Source: Candidatus Iainarchaeum sp. (lineage in GTDB: Archaea; Iainarchaeota; Iainarchaeia; Iainarchaeales; CSSED10-239). From it: 32,000 nt of DNA. How positions within the stretch are numbered: position 1 is the first letter of the stretch; every line of letters starts with the position of its first letter. The notes beneath the pieces are model-generated. The model was not told the origin of the DNA and did not search any database. It worked only from the letters and a program-made list of their open reading frames with translations. Position numbers and translations under genes: made by a program. The stretch is from NCBI GenBank assembly GCA_028700115.1, contig JAQVTI010000008.1:1-32000 (forward strand), in the 5' to 3' direction. Of the stretch, positions 17,215 to 24,857 are shown piece by piece.

Positions 17215-17769
17215 TTAGAAAGAAACTTTAATATTTTTCTTTTCTAATTCAGGTGCTTCAAAAAATTCTTTTGCATCAAAATTAAACATGTTTGCAATAA
17301 TATTTGATGGAAACATCTCAATCTTATTATTAAAAATCATTACAGAATCATTATAAAATTGTCTTGCAAAAGCAATTTTATTTTCAATACCAGAAAGTTC
17401 TTCTTGAAGCATTAAAAAATTTTGACTTGCTTTTAAATCAGGATAATTCTCAAAAGCAACTTTTAATTGACCTAAAGCATTTGTAAGTTCATTATTTGCT
17501 TTTACTTTTAATGCTTGATCTTTTGCATTCATTGCTTGTGATCTAAGTTCTGTAATTTTTTGAAAAGTTGAAGCTTCATGTTTCATATAACCTTTTACAG
17601 TCTCTATAAGATTTGGTAATAAATCATATCTTTTCTTTAACTGAACATCTATTTGACTCCAAGCATTCTTTACTCTATTTCTTAGTCTTATTAGCCCATT
17701 ATATACAGTTAAAATAATTATTAAAAATAAACCAATTAAAACTAATAAAACAATTAACCAAATAGCCAT
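17215..17769 (-). CDS. lemA: LemA family membrane protein
   Basis: An N-terminal TM helix is followed by YNGLIRLRNRVKNAWSQIDVQLKKRYDLLPNLIETVKGYMKHE...YPDLKASQNFLMLQEEL...ENKIAFARQFYND, the LemA signature. The track start TTG (17784) lies inside a GGAGGT SD, so I use the ATG at 17769. Confidence 0.85.
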   Translation of the reverse strand: MAIWLIVLLVLIGLFLIIILTVYNGLIRLRNRVKNAWSQIDVQLKKRYDLLPNLIETVKGYMKHEASTFQKITELRSQAMNAKDQALKVKANNELTNALGQLKVAFENYPDLKASQNFLMLQEELSGIENKIAFARQFYNDSVMIFNNKIEMFPSNIIANMFNFDAKEFFEAPELEKKNIKVSF

Positions 17770-17866
17770 ATTATTGACCTCCAAAAATTTATAAAATTAA
17801 ATACATATATTAAAATATAATAGAAAGAAAAAGATTAAAAAGGATTGTATTATTTAATTAAAAAAA

Positions 17867-18094
17867 TTAAATAATAAATGATCTTTTTACAATACAATCT
17901 ATTGGACAATTTAAAGGATTCTCTCCAAGATCATAATCACAAGTTCCATTTCCACATAAATAATTTGAATTAACTATTGAAATTGTATCATTTATTTTTA
18001 TTTGATTATATGCTGATAAATCATTTACAAAAAAAATAACTGTAAATAAAAAAATACCCACAAATATATATACTAATAATCTATTTTGTTTCAT
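17867..18094 (-). CDS. Small secreted/anchored protein carrying one CGNGTCD...NCPxDC module
   Basis: An N-terminal hydrophobic segment (LLVYIFVGIFLFTVIFFV) is followed by CGNGTCDYDLGENPLNCPIDC. This is the same module as in 15145..15849. The ATG at 18094 is preceded by GGTGAA. Confidence 0.6.
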   Translation of the reverse strand: MKQNRLLVYIFVGIFLFTVIFFVNDLSAYNQIKINDTISIVNSNYLCGNGTCDYDLGENPLNCPIDCIVKRSFII

Positions 18095-18250
18095 AATATT
18101 CACCGTTTGCCATTTTTTAAAAAAGTATATTTAAGTTAAATTTTTTATTAAAAAAAAGTATTTTTTAAAAAATTTATTAGGATAGATATAAAGATACAAT
18201 TTATTTATATAAAGATGTATTTATTTTTCTAAAAATAAAAATAATAAAAA

Positions 18251-18293
18251 TTAGATTAATGAATTCATTATAAATTAGAATAAATTAATCTAA
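18251..18293 (-). terminator. Hairpin-forming inverted repeat just downstream of ppsA
   Basis: TTAGATTAAT (18251..18260) and ATTAATCTAA (18284..18293) are perfect reverse complements separated by 23 nt. The repeat sits 22 nt after the ppsA stop. All pairs are A/T or nearly so, making it a weak structure. Confidence 0.25.
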
Positions 18294-18314
18294 ACATAAA
18301 ATAAAAAAAGAAAA

Positions 18315-20744
18315 TTATTTATTTTTAGAAACTTCTTTTTCTTTTTTAGAAACTAAAATCTTAGTTTTTATAATTGAATCAGGATTTAAACTCATAGATC
18401 CAATTTTTTCAGAAACTAAAAACTCAGCAAACTCTGGATAATCAGAAGGGGCTTGCCCACATATTCCAATATATTTACCCTTAGCTCTTGCAACTTCTAT
18501 AACATAAGAAATTAATTCTTTTACAGCTTTATTTCTTTCATCATAAATACTTGTTAAAAGTTCTGAATTTCTATCAAGTCCTAAAGTTAATTGTGTAAGA
18601 TCATTAGAACCTATACTAAATCCATCAAAAATGTCCAAGAAGTCATGTGCTAAAATCACATTTGAAGGAACTTCACACATCCCTATAACTTTAAGACCTA
18701 GTTTTCCTTTCTCAAGTCCATTCTTTTTCATTTCTTCTAAAACTTTTTTAGCTTCAGTTGTAGTTCTACAAAAAGGAACCATAACTTCTAAGTTAATAAG
18801 ACCCATTTGTTCTCTAACTCTTTTAATTGCTTCACATTCAAGTTTAAAACCTTCTTTATAGTTACCCATATAATATCTAGAAGATCCTCTCCAACCAATC
18901 ATAGGATTTGCTTCAATAGGCTCATATTCTCTTCCACCAATTAAATTCGCATATTCATCTGATTTAAAATCAGAAAGTCTTAAAATAACAGGTTTAGGAT
19001 AGAATGCAGATGCAATTCTTGCAATTCCTTGTGAAAGCTTATCAACAAAATATTCTTGTTTATCTTTATATCCAACAGTTAATTGATCTATTTCTTTTTT
19101 AATAGACTTATCTTTAATTTTTGAATAATTTATTAAAGCTAAAGGATGTATTTTAATCCATGAATTTATAATAAACTCTTCTCTTGCAAGACCAACTCCA
19201 TCATTTGGTAAAAAAGAATATTCAAATGCTTTTTCTGGATTTCCTATATTTAACATAATATGTGTTTTTGTTTCTGGAAGTTTAGAAATATTTGTTATAT
19301 CTATTTTATATTTTAATTTCCCAGAATAAATATATCCAAAATCTCCAGAAGAACAATCCATTGTAATTTGAGAATTATGTTTTAAGTCTTTAGTTGCAGT
19401 CTTTGTTCCAACTATACAAGGTATACCTAATTCTCTTGCAATTATTGCAGCATGACAGGTCCTTCCACCTTTATTTGTAATAATTCCAGAAGCAATTTTC
19501 ATAATAGGTTCCCAATCAGGATCAGTCATTTCAGTAACTAAAATATTTCCTTTTTTAAAAGATTCAATTTCATTTGCATCTTTTATAACATCTGCTTTTG
19601 CAGAAGCTATCTTTTGACCTACACTAATTCCTTCTAAAATAGGTTTTTTATTTTTCTCTAATAAAACATAATTTTCTAAAATAGATTTGTTCTTTTGAGA
19701 TTGAACAGTTTCTGGTCTTGCTTGAACAATATATAATTTATTTGTTTTTCCATCTAAAGCCCATTCCATATCCATTGGTTTATGATAACCTGCTTTTAAA
19801 GAATAATGCTTTTCAATAATACAAGCCCATTTTGCAAGTTGTAAAATTTGTTCTTCTGTAATACAATACATATTTCTATGATTTAAATCAACTGAAATAT
19901 TTTTAACAGGAGATTTAGACCCTTCTTTATTATATATCATCTTTATTGATTTTTGCCCAAGTTTCTTTGAAATAATAGGTTTACATCCTTTTTTATCTAA
20001 TGTCTTTTTAAAAACTAAAAATTCATCTGGATTAACTGCTCCTTGAACAACATTTTCTCCAAGTCCATATGCAGCATTAATTAAAACAACATCTTTAAAT
20101 CCAGTTTCAGTGTCTAAAGAAAACATTACCCCTGATGCACCTAAATCACTTCTAACCATTTTTTGAACAGTAATTGATAAAGCTATTTTAAAATGATCAA
20201 AATGTTTATCTTCTCTATAAGAAATTGCTCTATTTGTAAATAAAGATGCAAAACATTTCTTACAAGCATCAATTAATTCTTCTGGACCTTTTATATTCAA
20301 ATAAGTTTCCTGTTGTCCAGCAAAAGACGCATCAGGTAAATCCTCAGCAGTAGCTGATGATCTTACAGCAACATCTAATTCTTTTACTTTTTCTTTTTTT
20401 GAAAGTTTATAATATGCTTCAATTATCTCTTTTTTTAAATCTTCAGGAAATTCTAAATATCTAATTAATTTTCTTACAGCTTCTCCTTTTTTTGCAAGAT
20501 CAGACAAATTATGAGTATTTAGTCCTTTTAATATTTTTTTAATTTCTTTATGTGCCCCAGATTGCTCTAATAAATATCTATAAGCATAAGCTGTAACTGA
20601 AAAACCATTTGGAACATTTACATTTTTTTGTGTAAGATTTTTATACATCTCACCTAAAGAAGCATTTTTTCCTCCAACTAAAGGTACATCTTCAATTCCT
20701 GTTTCTTCAAACCATAAAATTAATTTTTCTTCTCTTTTAACCAT
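18315..20744 (-). CDS. ppsA: Phosphoenolpyruvate synthase (pyruvate, water dikinase)
   Basis: Full-length at 809 aa with all three domains. The N-terminal ATP-grasp region reads VGGKNASLGEM...VRSSATAEDLPDASFAGQQETYLN. The swivel His domain is GGRTCHAAIIARELGIPCIVG. The C-terminal PEP/pyruvate domain carries GSNDLTQLTLGLDRN. Confidence 0.95.
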   Translation of the reverse strand: MVKREEKLILWFEETGIEDVPLVGGKNASLGEMYKNLTQKNVNVPNGFSVTAYAYRYLLEQSGAHKEIKKILKGLNTHNLSDLAKKGEAVRKLIRYLEFPEDLKKEIIEAYYKLSKKEKVKELDVAVRSSATAEDLPDASFAGQQETYLNIKGPEELIDACKKCFASLFTNRAISYREDKHFDHFKIALSITVQKMVRSDLGASGVMFSLDTETGFKDVVLINAAYGLGENVVQGAVNPDEFLVFKKTLDKKGCKPIISKKLGQKSIKMIYNKEGSKSPVKNISVDLNHRNMYCITEEQILQLAKWACIIEKHYSLKAGYHKPMDMEWALDGKTNKLYIVQARPETVQSQKNKSILENYVLLEKNKKPILEGISVGQKIASAKADVIKDANEIESFKKGNILVTEMTDPDWEPIMKIASGIITNKGGRTCHAAIIARELGIPCIVGTKTATKDLKHNSQITMDCSSGDFGYIYSGKLKYKIDITNISKLPETKTHIMLNIGNPEKAFEYSFLPNDGVGLAREEFIINSWIKIHPLALINYSKIKDKSIKKEIDQLTVGYKDKQEYFVDKLSQGIARIASAFYPKPVILRLSDFKSDEYANLIGGREYEPIEANPMIGWRGSSRYYMGNYKEGFKLECEAIKRVREQMGLINLEVMVPFCRTTTEAKKVLEEMKKNGLEKGKLGLKVIGMCEVPSNVILAHDFLDIFDGFSIGSNDLTQLTLGLDRNSELLTSIYDERNKAVKELISYVIEVARAKGKYIGICGQAPSDYPEFAEFLVSEKIGSMSLNPDSIIKTKILVSKKEKEVSKNK

Positions 20745-20772
20745 AATTTCATCTCCATTTTAAATATAAAAA

Positions 20773-21576
20773 TCATTCAAAATATTTTTTAAAATAATTA
20801 TATCTCTTAATATCTTTATTTTTTTTATAATAAATTGCACCAGTTGGACAAAAGTTATAACACCTAGTACACATTACACATTTATTTGAAAATCTTAATT
20901 CTTTTTTTTGTTTTTTAAGTACAATATTTTTAGTAGGACAAACTTTTTCACAAAGCCCACATTGTATGCATTTTATATTATCATATGACCATTTAAATTT
21001 TTTTAAGAAAAAATTTGTAAAAAAATAATTTATTAAAGAAAACACATTTCTTTTTAAAAAAACAGTTTTTGGATAAACTAAATTATTTTCAAAAATTGAA
21101 TTAAAATCTTTTAAAACATTTTCTTTATTTTTATCTAAAACTTCATTTATATTAGTAACACTTTTTATATTATCACTAAAAATCGCATCAGAATTTGAAG
21201 GCATCTTATAATCAAAACCACAAACTAAATCAAAATTTTTATTTCCTAAAATATTTTTAAAAGTTTGAAAAGATCTACCAAAATTACCTGCATGTGTTAA
21301 AACAATAAAGCATTTTTTCTTATCAACAACAGCTAATTTTTTTATAAAATCTATAACATAAAAAGGAATATCAAAAGCATAAACTGGAGTTGCAAAAACT
21401 ACAAAATCATATTTTGATAAAGATGGAACAGTTTTCATTTCTTCAATTCTTTTTAAATCTAGATTAATTTCTTTTTTCTTAAATAAATTACAATACTCTA
21501 TAGAAATAAACTCTGTATTTCCAGTTCCAGAAAAAGAAAATAAAATTCCTTTTTTTAAATCTTTTAAATCTACCAT
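20773..21576 (-). CDS. EFR1-type flavodoxin-like protein with a C-terminal 2x[4Fe-4S] ferredoxin domain
   Basis: The flavodoxin-like N-terminus is ILFSFSGTGNTEFI...YDFVVFATPVYAFDIP. Two CxxCxxCxxxCP motifs follow: CIQCGLCEKVCP and CVMCTRCYNFCP. The track GTG (21585) is a GTGAT SD, so I use the ATG at 21576. Confidence 0.7.
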   Translation of the reverse strand: MVDLKDLKKGILFSFSGTGNTEFISIEYCNLFKKKEINLDLKRIEEMKTVPSLSKYDFVVFATPVYAFDIPFYVIDFIKKLAVVDKKKCFIVLTHAGNFGRSFQTFKNILGNKNFDLVCGFDYKMPSNSDAIFSDNIKSVTNINEVLDKNKENVLKDFNSIFENNLVYPKTVFLKRNVFSLINYFFTNFFLKKFKWSYDNIKCIQCGLCEKVCPTKNIVLKKQKKELRFSNKCVMCTRCYNFCPTGAIYYKKNKDIKRYNYFKKYFE

Positions 21577-21784
21577 TAAAATCACATAAAATCAAAGATT
21601 TTTTAAAATATATTTATATATATTACAATATACTATTTAAAGATTTCTAATTTAGAAAATAAAACATAACTTTTATGGTCAAAAGCCCTGTTTATAAAAA
21701 TATAAAAATAAAAAACACTTTATTTATATAAAAATAGGTCTATTATTATATAAATAAAAATAATTATTTTAAAAAAGATAACAA

Positions 21785-23689
21785 ATGAACTCTAGAAAAA
21801 TATACTTTAGACATTCTGATTTTAGAAAGGAACAAAAAGAAATTATTATAGATATTTTAGAAAGTTTAGATAATTCCCAAAATATAATCTTTCATGCTCC
21901 AACAGGAACTGGAAAAACAGATGCATCTTTAGCTGCTGCAATAACATATGCAGTTGAAAATAATAAAAAAATACTTTTTCTAACTCCTAAAATTTCACAA
22001 CACAAACTAGCTTTAGAAGTAATTAAAGATTTAAATGAAAAATATCCAGATTTAAATTTAAAAGCAATAGATTTTGTAGGAAAAAGAAATCTATGTATTG
22101 ATCCAGGAATAAGTGAAGTTACATCTGGATTTTATGAAGTTTGTAAAAATGCAACTGAAAAAAGACAATGCCCATTCTATGAAAACATAAAACCTAAAAA
22201 AAAGCATGAAAAAGAAATAATGGAGCATCTTCTAATTAAAAAATTAAGAGATATAGATGTAATTGATAATAAAGAAATTAAAAAAATTGCACAAGAATTC
22301 AAAGATCTATCAAGAAAACCAAAACCAGTTTGTGCATATGAACTTGCAAAAATTTTTGCAAAATATGCAAACATAATAATTGCAGATTATTACCATGTTT
22401 TTTCTAAAAAAATTGCAAACAATTTACTTCCAGAAATAGGAATTGATCTAAAAGAAACAATTCTAATTATAGATGAAGCTCATAATCTAGAAGATAGAGT
22501 TTTAAACTTACTTTCAAGATCTCTTAATTTTAATATGATATCAAGAGCTATAAAAGAAGCAAATGACATAAAGGCTTATGGTATTAAAAAGTTTTGTGAA
22601 GATTTACTTTATAATTTTGAAAAACTTTCTGAAACTAAACTTAAAAAAGATAAATTTACAACAATTTATGAAGAATTTATCTTAAAAGAAGATTTAATCT
22701 CAAAAGGTTATATTGATAATATTACTGAAATTATTGCTGAAATGCAAGAAAAAGGAATAGAATATTTAGAGAAAAAAAATGAATCTAAATCTTCTCTTAT
22801 AACTGTTTCTTTATTTTTAGAAGACTGGATAATAAATATGGAAAGCCATATTAGATTTATAAAAAAAGATAATGAAAATATAAATATAAAATATAATGCA
22901 TTAGATGCATCTTTAATAACAAAAGATATATTTAATCAAACTTTTTCATCTATTATAATGTCTGCTACTTTAAAACCATTAGAAATGTATAGAGATATTT
23001 TTGGATTAGATTTTACAACAAATATAAAAGAATATAATTCTCCATTTTCTAAAGAAAATAAATTAGATTTAGTTGTTAATGATGTTACAACAAAATTTAC
23101 TCAAAGAACAGGAGACGAATATAAAAAAATTGCAGATTATATAACAAAAATAAATTCAAAAACTCCAGGAAATTCAATTATTTTTTTCCCAAGTTTTGAA
23201 ATGCTAAAAGATATAAAAAAACTTATAAAAATAAATAAACCAAGCTTTATACAAGAAGAAAATATGACTCAAGAAGATTTTGATTTAATGATAGAAGATT
23301 TTAAAAAAGAAGCAAGAAAGTTTGGATCAGTTTTATATGCTGTTATGGGTGGAAAAGCTTCTGAAGGAATTCATCTTCCTGGAAATTTGTTAATTTCTGC
23401 AATTATTGTTGGGATACCTTTATCTAAAATGGAACTATATACTAAAGCAAAAATTGATTATTATGAAAAAAAATTTAAAAAAGGATGGCAATATGCATAT
23501 ATACAACCAGCTATTCAAAAAGCAATACAAAGTGCTGGAAGAGTAATAAGAAGTGAAAATGATAAAGGGGTTATTATATATTTAGATAATAGATATACAT
23601 GGCCAAATTATAAAAAAAATATGCCTAAAGAAATAAATCTTAAAATATCTAAAAATCCAGAAAAAGATATAGAATATTTCTTTAGATAA
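21785..23689 (+). CDS. xpd: XPD/Rad3-family (DEAD_2) 5'-3' DNA helicase with a 4-Cys Fe-S domain
   Basis: Walker A is HAPTGTGKT and the DEAH box is IIDEAHNL. Four Cys lie between them (RNLC..., EVC..., RQC..., PVCAYE) as in the XPD Fe-S domain. The C-terminal helicase motifs are SATL, GGKASEGI and QSAGRVIRS. Confidence 0.85.
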   Translation: MNSRKIYFRHSDFRKEQKEIIIDILESLDNSQNIIFHAPTGTGKTDASLAAAITYAVENNKKILFLTPKISQHKLALEVIKDLNEKYPDLNLKAIDFVGKRNLCIDPGISEVTSGFYEVCKNATEKRQCPFYENIKPKKKHEKEIMEHLLIKKLRDIDVIDNKEIKKIAQEFKDLSRKPKPVCAYELAKIFAKYANIIIADYYHVFSKKIANNLLPEIGIDLKETILIIDEAHNLEDRVLNLLSRSLNFNMISRAIKEANDIKAYGIKKFCEDLLYNFEKLSETKLKKDKFTTIYEEFILKEDLISKGYIDNITEIIAEMQEKGIEYLEKKNESKSSLITVSLFLEDWIINMESHIRFIKKDNENINIKYNALDASLITKDIFNQTFSSIIMSATLKPLEMYRDIFGLDFTTNIKEYNSPFSKENKLDLVVNDVTTKFTQRTGDEYKKIADYITKINSKTPGNSIIFFPSFEMLKDIKKLIKINKPSFIQEENMTQEDFDLMIEDFKKEARKFGSVLYAVMGGKASEGIHLPGNLLISAIIVGIPLSKMELYTKAKIDYYEKKFKKGWQYAYIQPAIQKAIQSAGRVIRSENDKGVIIYLDNRYTWPNYKKNMPKEINLKISKNPEKDIEYFFR

Positions 23690-23822
23690 TTATTTTATTA
23701 TAAAACACATTCTTTTTAAACCTTTATTGTTATATAATATATTAGTGGACACTAATTTTTAATATTTAATAAAAATTAATAATTTATAAATAATAAAATT
23801 AAATTTAGAGAAGTGATTAAAA

Positions 23823-24110
23823 ATGGAAATACCAAAAGAAATTAAAGGATATTGTAAAAAATGTAAAAAACATACATTATTAAAATTAAAAGCATATAAA
23901 CCTAGAAAAGCAAGAGCAAATTCAAAAGGAACCAGAAAAAATATTGAAAAGCATAAATCTGGTTATGGTGGAAAAGCAAAATTAATTGCAACTGTTAAAA
24001 AACAAAATAAAAAACCAGTTTTTATGGCAGAATGTAGTGAATGTAAAGGAAAACAATATTTTGTAATCCCTAAAAAAATGAAAAAAGTTGAATTTAAAGG
24101 ACAACATTAA
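23823..24110 (+). CDS. rpl44e: Ribosomal protein L44e (eL42)
   Basis: A 95-aa basic protein with two CxxC Zn-ribbon pairs (CKKCKKHT...CSECKGK) and the central GYGG motif. The SD-like GAAGTGAT lies 5 nt upstream of the ATG. Confidence 0.9.
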   Translation: MEIPKEIKGYCKKCKKHTLLKLKAYKPRKARANSKGTRKNIEKHKSGYGGKAKLIATVKKQNKKPVFMAECSECKGKQYFVIPKKMKKVEFKGQH

Positions 24111-24191
24111 TTTCCTTTATTTTTTTATTTATAAATTCTAATTTTTAAAAAAGAAAAACCTTTATAAACTAATTTTATAAATATATTTATT

Positions 24192-24848
24192 ATGATAAAA
24201 ATAGATAAATATTATAAATTTATAGGAGCTACTTTTGGAATTGCATATTTTATAGGAATGATATTTGCTTTATTTTATATTTATAAAGGAATAGAAATTA
24301 CAAATACAATTAATTTCATAAATAATTTGGCTTTAAGTGGAAAAACATATTTTAGTAATATTTTCAAAACACAAATAAATAATACAATACAATTAATGAT
24401 TATACCTTTTAGTTATTTAATATATTCTGTAAAAATTGGATTTTCACATATATCTTTATTAACATCTTCTTTTTTAGGACAAATTAAATTATTAGTAGAA
24501 TTAATCCCACAAATTTTTTATTTTATAGCATATATTATATATTCAACAATTGGACTTAAAATAATTTTATTTATTATAAAAATAATTACAAATAAATTTT
24601 TAAAAAATAAAAAAATAAAATATATTTATTTATACAAAACAGATATAAAAATAGCATATATTGGTTTTATTGCAATAATAATAGGTACAATAATTCAAAC
24701 ACACCTATCTAAAATTTTATTTATATTTTTAATTAATTTAAAATCTATGGTTTATATATTTATAATAATAGTATATATATTTTTAATATTTATATGCTTA
24801 TTTACAATTTATAAAATAATTAAAAATATTTTAGAAAATAATATTTAA
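24192..24848 (+). CDS. Polytopic membrane protein (4-5 TM helices), function unknown
   Basis: A 218-aa Ile/Phe-rich hydrophobic ORF. Its TAA stop (24846..24848) directly abuts the GTGAT SD and start region of the ATPase gene. No family was recognised, and composition alone could inflate its hydrophobicity. Confidence 0.5.
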   Translation: MIKIDKYYKFIGATFGIAYFIGMIFALFYIYKGIEITNTINFINNLALSGKTYFSNIFKTQINNTIQLMIIPFSYLIYSVKIGFSHISLLTSSFLGQIKLLVELIPQIFYFIAYIIYSTIGLKIILFIIKIITNKFLKNKKIKYIYLYKTDIKIAYIGFIAIIIGTIIQTHLSKILFIFLINLKSMVYIFIIIVYIFLIFICLFTIYKIIKNILENNI

Positions 24849-24857
24849 GTGATAAAA

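Noticed and set aside
18631-18861. 76-aa plus-strand ORF
   Set aside because: It is antisense within ppsA, a confidently identified full-length gene.
22177-22374. 65-aa minus-strand ORF
   Set aside because: It is antisense within the XPD helicase gene.
24111-24191. Expected an rps27e gene after rpl44e, a common archaeal gene pair
   Set aside because: The gap is only 81 nt and contains no Zn-ribbon ORF. The next gene is a membrane protein. This is absence only, not a feature.
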